A DNA stretch of 64,000 nucleotides. Source: Cenarchaeum sp. Its GTDB lineage: Archaea; Thermoproteota; Nitrososphaeria; Nitrososphaerales; Nitrosopumilaceae. Shown here piece after piece: positions 36,901 to 44,819 of the stretch. Positions within the stretch are counted from its first letter, which is position 1; every line of letters begins with the position of its first letter. Below the pieces are notes generated by a model, which did not search any database, was not told the DNA's origin, and saw only the letters and a program-made list of their open reading frames with translations. The DNA lies in the NCBI GenBank assembly GCA_965242695.1, contig CBDESU010000001.1:128001-192000 (forward strand), written 5' to 3'. The position numbers and the translations under genes are program-made.

Positions 36901-39900
36901 CTGGCCGATGTCTCGGCGGCCATCGCAGGGGACAATGGCATGACGGGCGTGGCCTTTGTCGGCGTGAGGTCGGAGCAGGACGGCCTTGCGGCCGCCGCAT
37001 CGGGCAACGCGGCGATCCGCGCGGTTCCGTGGTTTGTAACACCAAGCGGGTACTACACGGACATGTCTGCGAGCACGCGCGACTTTGCAAGGGCCGTCAA
37101 CCTCACTGCGATCGTAAACGACGTAGCAGACAACGCAAAGAAGTCTGCGCTCGACGAGGTGGTGTCCGGCTCTCCGACATTCTACGAGTACGCCGCCTAT
37201 GACAGCCTGTTCATCTTGGGCAACACCATGGCGGCCGTAGTCGAGTCCGGCAAGACGACGGGCATCATGGCCGACGACCTGCGGCCGCTCGTCCCTGCGC
37301 AGGCCGACGCGTACGACGGCGTACTCGGCGACATCGCGCTCAACTCCAACGGTGACCTCGGCTCGCCCGACCGGTTTGCCGTCTGGAAGGTGGACAGCAC
37401 ATCCGGCATGTGGATGGACACGGGAGTCTCAAAGTCGACGCCGGTCGTCCGCATAGGGGCACTCTTGGCCATTGACAACACAGACTACGCAGACAACAAC
37501 GCCCGGGATGCGCTGCGCCAGGCATCGGCCGACTTCAACGCCGCAGGCGGCGACCGCCCGTTCTACGTGAGCCTGACGACGTACGACATTACCGATCCTA
37601 CAAACTCTGGCAAGTATGTAGCACGCGACGCGCTGATGCGCGCCCACAACAACGGCGCCGGCCCGTCCATCTACATTGGTCCGTCGCTGAGCTCGAACAT
37701 AGAGGCGGTGATGCCATACGTCGCCGGCAACGACCTGCTCCTGCTCGGCTACGCATCAGAGTCCGAGTCGCTGTCCATACCGGGCGACAACCTGTTCCGC
37801 ACCGCGATCAGCACGGCACGGCACGGCCACTTTATGGCAGAAGTAATGGCCGACGCTGGCGTAAAGTCGGTAGTCACGGTCGCGCGCAACGACTCTTGGG
37901 GTAGGTCCCTCGACGCATCGATCACCGAAGCGCTCGCCCCGAACGGCCTGCGGATGGCCGGCGCCGTAAAGTTTGCACCCGCCACGTCAAACTGGACCTC
38001 TACTATCGACGAAATCACGTCTGCGATCGCCGCAGGCGGCGGCAATGCGGGCGTGGCCTTTGTCGGCGTGAGGTCGGAGCAGGACGGCCTTGCGGCCGCC
38101 GCATCTGGCAGTATGGCGGCCACAGGGGTGCCGTGGTTTGTAACCCCAAGCGGATACTACACGGACATGTCTGCGAGCACGCGCGACTTTGCAAGGGCCG
38201 TCGACATGACCGCCATCGTGCTCGATGTGGAGGACAACGCCATGAAGTCGGCGCTAGACGACAAGGTGGCAGGCGACCTGAACTTTTACGACTATGCCGC
38301 GTACGACAGCCTGTTCATCCTTGGCAACTCTGTGGCGGCTGCCTCAAGCGACACCGGCAGGGCCGTCTCGGCCCTCAACGCGACCGACCTGCGGCCCGTG
38401 ATACCGGCACAGGCCGACATGTACGAGGGCGTACTCGGCGACATTGCGCTCAACTCAAAGGGCGACCTGCGCTCGCCCGACAGGTTTGCCGTCTGGCAGG
38501 TGGACGGCACGTCGGGCATGTGGACGAACACCGGGGTCACAAAGTCGACGCCGGTCGTCGACGTCGGCGCCATCGTAATACTGGAAAGCGACAGGTTTGA
38601 CGACTCGCCGCGCCTTGCGGCAGCACGCATCGCAGTCGACGAGTACAACACGGCGGCCGAGGACGGCGGCGCGCTGTACCTGAACCTCCGCGTAGTCAAG
38701 ACGAGCCTCTCGCCGGGCTCGGCCACGACTACGTCGCCGGTCGCCCACGAGGCCGTCATGGCCGCGAGCAGCGGCGAGGACGGCATAAAGTACTACGTCG
38801 GCCCGTCAACGAGCGGCAACTCGAAGCGCGTCTTGGAATACGCCAACGACAACGGACTGACGCTGATCAGCCCGTCCTCGACGGCCCCGTCGCTTGCCAT
38901 CGAGGACGATGCCCTGTTCCGCCTCGTCCCGAACGACTCGCAGCAGGGCAAGGTGCTCGCCGATATTGTCCACAACCAGCAGGGCGCGCTCCTTGCGGCC
39001 CTCATCAACCAGACCGGCCACGAGCACGTCGTCATGGTGGTGCGTAACGACACGTGGGGGCAGGGACTGGACGCCTCTACCTCTGGGCGCTTGGGAGTGC
39101 ACGACGTCGACATTACGAGGATCGTGCACGAAGAGTCCGATGCAGACTGGTCGCAGACTGCCATGGATATCAGCGCCGAGATCGGTAGGGTGCGCACGGC
39201 GACCCCGAACGACCCGATCGCCGTACTGCACATCGGCTTCCCCGGCGACTTTGTCTCGCTGGCCGCGCAGGCATCGGACTATCCCAACATGACAACCGTG
39301 CCTTGGTTCGGCACGGACGGGGTGGCCGGCACGGCCCCGCTGGTCACCAACGCGACGGCCCGCCAGTTCGCCGACGACGTGAACCTGACGGCGACAAAGT
39401 TCGACGTCGTATCCAACGACAGGTTCAACCAGCTGACCGCCAAGCTCGAGTCGCAGGGCGTCGCGGTCAGGACGACATACGAGTACTCTGCATACGACAG
39501 CGTCTTCGTCTTGGGACGGGCAATCGAGGCGGCGATATCTGCAAAGAACGCCACTGCGTACACGGGGGCCGACGTCCGCTCGTCTGTCCGCGCCGCCGCG
39601 GCCGACTACGAGGGCGCCCTGGGCGACATCGAGCTCAACAAGGCCGGCGACCTGCGCACCCCGAACAGCTATGCCGCATGGGCGGTCGAGAACGGCTCGT
39701 GGAAAAAGGTAGCGACGCACCCATCGACGCCCGTCTTCGACATCGGGGCGTTGCTCATGCTCGACAACAACCCCATCTACACCGACGACCTCGAAAAGGA
39801 TGCCATGGACGTGGCTGTCGACGAGTTCAACACCGAGCACGAACTCGTAGGCGACTTTTACATCAGCTTGGCGGTGCAGCGGATCAGCATCGCGCCGAAC

Positions 39901-41229
39901 ACTGGGTCGCCCGACCCCGATGCACTGGCCGGCCTCATGAACGCGTACGCCAACGGCGACGGCCCGTCGCTGTACGTGGGCCCCTCGACGAGCGGCAACT
40001 CGGAGCGCGTCCTAGACTACGCCAACGCCAACGACATCGTGCTGATCAGCCACTCTTCGACCGCGCCGAAGCTTGCCATACCGGGCGACAACCTGTTCCG
40101 CATGGTCGCGCCCGACAACCGCCAGGGAGGGATACTGGCCGACCTGATCTCGGTGGAGCGCGGCGTGACCGACCTTGTAATGGCGGTACGCGGCGACACC
40201 TGGGGCCGCGGAGTGGACGAGACGACGACGGCGGGGCTGGTCGACGGAACCGCGGTCACGCGCGTAATGTTCGCCGAGTCCGAGGGTGACTGGCCCAGCG
40301 TGGCGGCCAACCTTGGCGCAGCGATCGACGGCGCTAGCGCATCGGCCGCCGCAAAGCAGCAGGGCAAGGCGGCGGTCCTGTTCATCGGGTTCGACGGCGA
40401 CTTCAACTCTGTCGCATCGCAGGGGTCGTCGGTGCCGTCCCTCTCGTCGGTCGAATGGTTCGGGCCCGACGGCGTCGGGAACAGCCAGGCCGTCATTGCA
40501 AACGCAACGTCGCTTGCGTTTGCGACGCAGGTCAACATGACGACCGTCATATTCTCCGTCATCGACAACCCTGTCAAGTCGCTCCTTGATCCGACGGCCG
40601 TGTACGGCCCGTCGGCGTACGACTCGGTGTACATCATGGGCAACGCGATCAAGGCGGCATACGCCGGGTCAGGCTCGGTACCGCCGGCCCTGGACGTGAA
40701 GGCGCTGATTCCGGCGGTGGCGACCAACTATACGGGGGCCCTCGGGAACGTCGCGCTAGACGCCAACGGCGACCTGCTCTCCCCGAACACGTACGGCATC
40801 TACATGATAAACGCAGCCACCAACATGTGGACCCTTGACCGGATCCACCCGATGCTGTGCGGCATATCGCTCGCCTCGTCGACGATCGAGTTCGGCGACG
40901 TGAACATCGGCCAGGCCTCGGCGCCCGCAGAGCAGACGGTAAGAAACGCCGGCCGCGTGGCGCTCTCTATGGTGTCGATCACGGCGACACCGTGGATGGG
41001 CGGGTCGGGCGCTGCCGTGCTAGATGCGGGCGCGACCGAGCTGGCGCTGGCCACTGCGCCTTCCACATGGATGCCGCTGTCCGTCGACGCGCCGACCGAC
41101 ATACCGATGCCGCGCTTGGCCGAGCCGACGACGATAATGTTCCGCCTCAACGCGGCCGGCGCGTCAAGTAGCGATGCGGGATCGGCCGAGCAGACCGTCA
41201 CGTACACTGTGACCTGCGAAGGCTCCTAG
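33943..41229 (+). CDS. Giant secreted protein with six tandem LivK/ANF-receptor-type (Venus-flytrap) ligand-binding domains and a Cys-bounded C-terminal domain
   Basis: Signal peptide. Six units starting V/IGAL/I, each with Y(I/V)GP, FR, D.WG, YDS and G.I/V/L.L...GDL motifs. Confidence 0.85.
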   Translation: MLTTAGRTGRGAGMIVAVAIAAVAIAGLAAAPDADVVPWAAHAQSTPTTVQVGALLSTNNSDFADNERRIVLVKAVEDFNDAYDDIDLDLNVTEFVRNATDVTTAEPSALRMAYDGGTGPRFYIGPTTSQGITNINNTDDTRALLENDVLLISPSSEAPQLAADDNIFRLAFNVARQGDMLVDEMKASGIKSYIMVARNDAWGQQIAASVVKKAGQEDLAKVGEPILFNIDASAADWNIIRDSIAGNASTVPAGEDRIGVFFFGYDDDYSNMTAAANGSTPIRDNTAWFVPSTVGVNTMSRIVDDAMRSFSIAVGLTALSQDVADSKAKRDINELLFSDRSQNATFYEYSSYDSVFVLGNAMRMAMAAGEDANNVAMVKKYIAAAAMNYTGAALGDALLLDGNGDLRAPDTFTVHKLDVDGEWSDGSPVGSTVTRVGALLAIDNDDYTDNNARDVLLEAAADYNAAAGTGSLVKLITYDITDPTNSSKYVANDTLTRSHAGGAGPSAYIGPSLSSNVELVLPYATENNILLLGYASESESLSMPGDNLFRMAVSTDRHGKFMAEVMRDAGVESVVTVVRGDSWGMSLNKSIADALAPNGLSLAGSVMFAEGNSDWDSTLAALSTAIAGADGRAGVAFVGTEGEQNSLAPAALADSDASGVQWFVTPTGFYSNLTAAGDFAKAVNLTAIVIDVEDNAKKSALDDRVAGELNFYDYAAYDSLFILGNTIAAVVESGKTTGIMADDLRPLVPAQADAYDGVLGDIALNSNGDLGSPDRFAVYQIDRTSGEWTKTNATKSTPVVRIGALLAIDHEVYPDNLARDALRQAAADFNAMGDGDRPFYVSLTTYDITDPTNSSQYVERDALMRAYDDGNGPSAYIGPSLSSNVKDVIDYAAEKNILLLGYASESEELSIPGDNLFRMAVSADRHGKFMAEIMKDAGVQSVVTVVRGDSWGMSLNKSIADALAPNGLSLAGSVMFAEGNSDWDSTLADVSAAIAGDNGMTGVAFVGVRSEQDGLAAAASGNAAIRAVPWFVTPSGYYTDMSASTRDFARAVNLTAIVNDVADNAKKSALDEVVSGSPTFYEYAAYDSLFILGNTMAAVVESGKTTGIMADDLRPLVPAQADAYDGVLGDIALNSNGDLGSPDRFAVWKVDSTSGMWMDTGVSKSTPVVRIGALLAIDNTDYADNNARDALRQASADFNAAGGDRPFYVSLTTYDITDPTNSGKYVARDALMRAHNNGAGPSIYIGPSLSSNIEAVMPYVAGNDLLLLGYASESESLSIPGDNLFRTAISTARHGHFMAEVMADAGVKSVVTVARNDSWGRSLDASITEALAPNGLRMAGAVKFAPATSNWTSTIDEITSAIAAGGGNAGVAFVGVRSEQDGLAAAASGSMAATGVPWFVTPSGYYTDMSASTRDFARAVDMTAIVLDVEDNAMKSALDDKVAGDLNFYDYAAYDSLFILGNSVAAASSDTGRAVSALNATDLRPVIPAQADMYEGVLGDIALNSKGDLRSPDRFAVWQVDGTSGMWTNTGVTKSTPVVDVGAIVILESDRFDDSPRLAAARIAVDEYNTAAEDGGALYLNLRVVKTSLSPGSATTTSPVAHEAVMAASSGEDGIKYYVGPSTSGNSKRVLEYANDNGLTLISPSSTAPSLAIEDDALFRLVPNDSQQGKVLADIVHNQQGALLAALINQTGHEHVVMVVRNDTWGQGLDASTSGRLGVHDVDITRIVHEESDADWSQTAMDISAEIGRVRTATPNDPIAVLHIGFPGDFVSLAAQASDYPNMTTVPWFGTDGVAGTAPLVTNATARQFADDVNLTATKFDVVSNDRFNQLTAKLESQGVAVRTTYEYSAYDSVFVLGRAIEAAISAKNATAYTGADVRSSVRAAAADYEGALGDIELNKAGDLRTPNSYAAWAVENGSWKKVATHPSTPVFDIGALLMLDNNPIYTDDLEKDAMDVAVDEFNTEHELVGDFYISLAVQRISIAPNTGSPDPDALAGLMNAYANGDGPSLYVGPSTSGNSERVLDYANANDIVLISHSSTAPKLAIPGDNLFRMVAPDNRQGGILADLISVERGVTDLVMAVRGDTWGRGVDETTTAGLVDGTAVTRVMFAESEGDWPSVAANLGAAIDGASASAAAKQQGKAAVLFIGFDGDFNSVASQGSSVPSLSSVEWFGPDGVGNSQAVIANATSLAFATQVNMTTVIFSVIDNPVKSLLDPTAVYGPSAYDSVYIMGNAIKAAYAGSGSVPPALDVKALIPAVATNYTGALGNVALDANGDLLSPNTYGIYMINAATNMWTLDRIHPMLCGISLASSTIEFGDVNIGQASAPAEQTVRNAGRVALSMVSITATPWMGGSGAAVLDAGATELALATAPSTWMPLSVDAPTDIPMPRLAEPTTIMFRLNAAGASSSDAGSAEQTVTYTVTCEGS

Positions 41230-41534
41230 CGCGCTAGGCGCCCCGCTATGTTGCCCCTCCATCACTAGCTGTCGGCGCACCGGGCGGCTCTGGCCAGCAG
41301 TGACGCGCATGGATACATGGCACCGTGGCTGTCCTAGGACGCATCCCGCGTTGCCAATCGCCCGCGTCCCTGCCCCCGTCGCCCCCTGTGGGGTGGTCGA
41401 CGGGGCTGATCTGGCCGCTACTGCGGACTTGACCTCTGGCGGATGCCGAGGCCTGCCATGCTTCGCCGCTGCGGGACGGAGCGATGCCGTGCCACGGGAT
41501 ACAGGCGTGACTCGCAAGCGCCCGCATGCGCCCG

Positions 41535-44531
41535 CTATGCGGCCGGCCCGCGCGCGCGATCCTGGTCCTTGGCGCCGACCGTCCCGCGTATGGACGGCTC
41601 GAGCGACATGGCCCTCCTCAATACCTTCATCCTGACCGCCACGCACCCGTCCCTGCCGCCAGCTATGAGGCCGCGCCGCCAGCTATCGTCCTCGTCCGCG
41701 ATGCGAATCTCGAGGGGCCCGGCGACCGCCTCGTCGATCCGGTGCCGCACCGCATCCTCCTCCAGGTCCGAGATCGCCGAGAGCGCCGCATCGGATATCT
41801 CGTCGAACGCGGCCGCAAGCATCCTTGTGCATTCTTCCATGCCGTCGGCGGCAAAGTCCGGCACGTGGATGCGAGCCGCGCCGCTGCGCTTTGCCCTGCC
41901 GCGGCCGAGCTGCTGCCTGCCGGCCGCCATCCAGTACGACAGTATGCCGAGAGTCGAGTTGTGCCACATGACGAACGCCTTGCCCGTGTCGGCATCCGGC
42001 AGCAGCAGCGACGGCCAGGCGGTGCCGCCGGCCGTCTTGGCGCCCGTAAACGATGCAAGGAGGGGCTGCGTGGTGTACCTCGGGTCGAGGTTTACGTGCA
42101 CGTGCGATGCCGTCGCCCACATGTCCCTGACACGAGCATCGCTTGCGCCCTTTCTGACGTCCATCGCCTTGTCGGGCGCAAGCAACATCGTCCTCTGCGC
42201 CCTGTGGTCGTTGTTCCACAGCGCGTGGTACTCGGGCACCCCGCCGTCGCCGTCGATGTCGCGGATCGCAAACGGCCCCTTCTGCGCCCTTCCGACCAGC
42301 ATCTGCGAGTCGGGCCCGAACTTGCACAGTTGCCCCAGTGTCGTGAATGCGGCCCCGGCATGCCAGCGCAGCGCGTACGCGGCGCTCACCAGCGCAGGCT
42401 CCCTCACGTTGACGAGCGGCCATGTGGCGCCGTCGCAGCCCCCTTCCACCTCCATCGTCACGGCGTGGCCAATCTTGCGCCTGCCCATCATCAGGGGGGT
42501 CGCGCCGTGCCCCGTCTCCACGGACTTGATCTCCTCGAGGCGCCTTATCGACTCGCCCACGTGGACCCCCTCCACGGCCGTGAGCGGCCGGTCGCGGAGC
42601 GTGACGAATACGGGGCTTGCGGGGACGTCCCCCTCGCGCCTCTTTCTGGCCACCAGCATGACCTCGAGCATTCCCGTGTCCGACGAAAACGCGCCGTCGA
42701 GCCTGCCCATGCGCTCGTTGGCAATGCTCAGGACGGTCGTGTCGTACCCGCCCGCCAGCAGCGCGCGCACCTTCGACCAGCTCTCCCCGCTGGCAATCGT
42801 GGCCGGGAGTATGAGGGCCATGGTCCCTCCAGGCCTTAGCTTCTTGTCGCAGACGGCCACAAAGTACGACCCGAGGCCGGCGTGACCGTGCGCGCACGTC
42901 CCAGCGAACTTCTTGCGCGCCAGCCTTCCCATCGCCTCCTGCTCCCTGTCGGACGCATCGAACGCGGCGAACGGCGCGACGGCATCCCGCCTGCCGCCGT
43001 CCCCCCTCTTGCGCTTGCCGGCCTTTGTGAACGGCGGGTTCATCACTATGAGGTCGAGCGAGCCGTCCATGATGCCGTGGTGCGTGCGCCCCGCCTCGCC
43101 GCTTCCGGTGACCTGCTGGCTCGACTCGAACAGCGTCGTGTCCGAGTCGTCGATCAGGTCGAGCGAGCCGAGCCTGTACTCGGACCTCCCGGGCCCCCAC
43201 CTGCCTATCGGCATGTGGTGTATGTTGGTGTCGCGGATGACCACGCCGGGGTAGACGCCGGCGAGCGACGAGACCGTCATGTGGGCCGCTAGCGGCAGGA
43301 CGTCTAGCCCGCTGATGCAGCTTTTCATGAACTCCTCGTGCACGGCGCTGCCGCTCCCGCCGCCGGCCCCGTACCTGGCGATTATCTGCCTGTACGCGGC
43401 CGCAAGCAGCATGCCGGTGCCGCAGGCCAGGTCTGCCACGCGCAGCGAGAGGATCGACCTCTTGTCCCTCCAGGCGGGATCGCCCACGGGCGGCAGCAAG
43501 ATCGACGCCATCGTCTCGGCCGACTCGGGCAGGGTGTAGTACGTCGCGAGCCTCTCGCGGTCGTCGATCATCCTCTGCAGGACAAGGCCGTACATGTCGG
43601 ACGAGTGGGACAGGTTGTGGGACCTCACAAAGTCCGCGGCGTCAACGAGCCTGTCGATTATCTCCCGGGCTATTCTTATGTCGATCGGCTCGAGCAGCCT
43701 CAGCGCTATGTTGAATATCGGGTAGTAGTTGATGTCGAGCACCTTGCGCCATGCGGCCCTCAGCGCCTCGGCTGTGATGACCCCGTCGACGTCGCGCAGC
43801 TGGCCGATGGACCGCAGGCGGGAGCCGTGGCGGGTCGATGCAATCTCGTCGTAGAACACCATCGCGTTGCTCAGGATGAGGGCGGCCATCTGCCACGTCT
43901 GGGGCGAGGGCGGCTGGTTGAGGAATCTGGCCACCTCGCCCCTCCTCTGCGCGTCAAGCTGCGCGATTTTTTCGCCTATCTCGGCGGAGCTTTGATGAAG
44001 CTTCGAGACGCACTTTTCGACGTTCGACGCGGGGACGGAGACGGTCTGGAGGGTCAGCATGATGTCCGCGAGAGATCCCTCCAGCCAGCCGTCCCCGTCG
44101 GGGTACCGCAGCACGTCCTCCCCTCCCGCGTTGTGCGGCGAGGGGTGCGGCGACTTGGAGGCGTAGCGGCCGTACCGGTCCAGCGAGAATATTGCGTAGC
44201 GCACGTCGTTTGCGCGGCAAAGGTACCTCCTCATGCCGTCCAGGCTCTGGCTCCTGACTTCCCTTGGAATGACGACGGACATGCACGTGCGCACGACATC
44301 CCCGTCCTTCGTGCGCACGCCGATCCTACTGCAGGCGTCCCTTTCGACGCCTCGGCCGGGCGCGAACTCGGTCTCGATGATCACGGGCAGGCGGCCTGCC
44401 TCGTGCACCAGTATGTCTGGCCTGCCGCTTGATATTATCCCCGTCTCCTCCACATGGACGGCGCGGCGCCTGCCCTTCCTGTCTAGGGCCCGCCCGATGA
44501 CGACGTTGAGCGTATTCTCATGCTGCCCCCT
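41535..44531 (-). CDS. Type IIG-like restriction-modification protein (nuclease-like N-terminus, N6-adenine MTase, TRD), copy A; expected start codon reads AGG
   Basis: RPDILV..IIETEF, motif I VADLACGTG, motif IV VMNPPF. Colinear with copy B, whose ATG corresponds to AGG at 44531-44529; the next in-frame start is GTG at 44453. Confidence 0.8.
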   Translation of the reverse strand, partial: RGQHENTLNVVIGRALDRKGRRRAVHVEETGIISSGRPDILVHEAGRLPVIIETEFAPGRGVERDACSRIGVRTKDGDVVRTCMSVVIPREVRSQSLDGMRRYLCRANDVRYAIFSLDRYGRYASKSPHPSPHNAGGEDVLRYPDGDGWLEGSLADIMLTLQTVSVPASNVEKCVSKLHQSSAEIGEKIAQLDAQRRGEVARFLNQPPSPQTWQMAALILSNAMVFYDEIASTRHGSRLRSIGQLRDVDGVITAEALRAAWRKVLDINYYPIFNIALRLLEPIDIRIAREIIDRLVDAADFVRSHNLSHSSDMYGLVLQRMIDDRERLATYYTLPESAETMASILLPPVGDPAWRDKRSILSLRVADLACGTGMLLAAAYRQIIARYGAGGGSGSAVHEEFMKSCISGLDVLPLAAHMTVSSLAGVYPGVVIRDTNIHHMPIGRWGPGRSEYRLGSLDLIDDSDTTLFESSQQVTGSGEAGRTHHGIMDGSLDLIVMNPPFTKAGKRKRGDGGRRDAVAPFAAFDASDREQEAMGRLARKKFAGTCAHGHAGLGSYFVAVCDKKLRPGGTMALILPATIASGESWSKVRALLAGGYDTTVLSIANERMGRLDGAFSSDTGMLEVMLVARKRREGDVPASPVFVTLRDRPLTAVEGVHVGESIRRLEEIKSVETGHGATPLMMGRRKIGHAVTMEVEGGCDGATWPLVNVREPALVSAAYALRWHAGAAFTTLGQLCKFGPDSQMLVGRAQKGPFAIRDIDGDGGVPEYHALWNNDHRAQRTMLLAPDKAMDVRKGASDARVRDMWATASHVHVNLDPRYTTQPLLASFTGAKTAGGTAWPSLLLPDADTGKAFVMWHNSTLGILSYWMAAGRQQLGRGRAKRSGAARIHVPDFAADGMEECTRMLAAAFDEISDAALSAISDLEEDAVRHRIDEAVAGPLEIRIADEDDSWRRGLIAGGRDGCVAVRMKVLRRAMSLEPSIRGTVGAKDQDRARGPAA

Positions 44532-44774
44532 GCCGGCCGCACCTCAGCGTGGTTGCCCTGTCCGCTGGAATCGGCGACAGGGCATGCCATGCGCCGTGCA
44601 GGCCGATGCGATCGCGGTGGGAACGGCGGGGGGATTGTGCGGCGCCGGGATGGAATCCTGGGCGATCCCTTCGGCGTCGTCTGCCAACATGCAGGGTTGG
44701 GCCCCCTGCCGCGCTATATAACCATGCACGGCGGGCCTTTGGGCTGCGCCGGACCGCAACGCACCTCGAGCCCA

Positions 44775-44815
44775 CCGCGCCTGTCCGCACCCGCGCCTGT
44801 CCGCACCCGCGCCTG
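44775..44815 (+). repeat. 2.5 copies of the 16-bp unit CCGCGCCTGTCCGCAC at the junction of the R-M duplication
   Basis: Read directly from the sequence. Confidence 0.8.
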
Positions 44816-44819
44816 CCTG

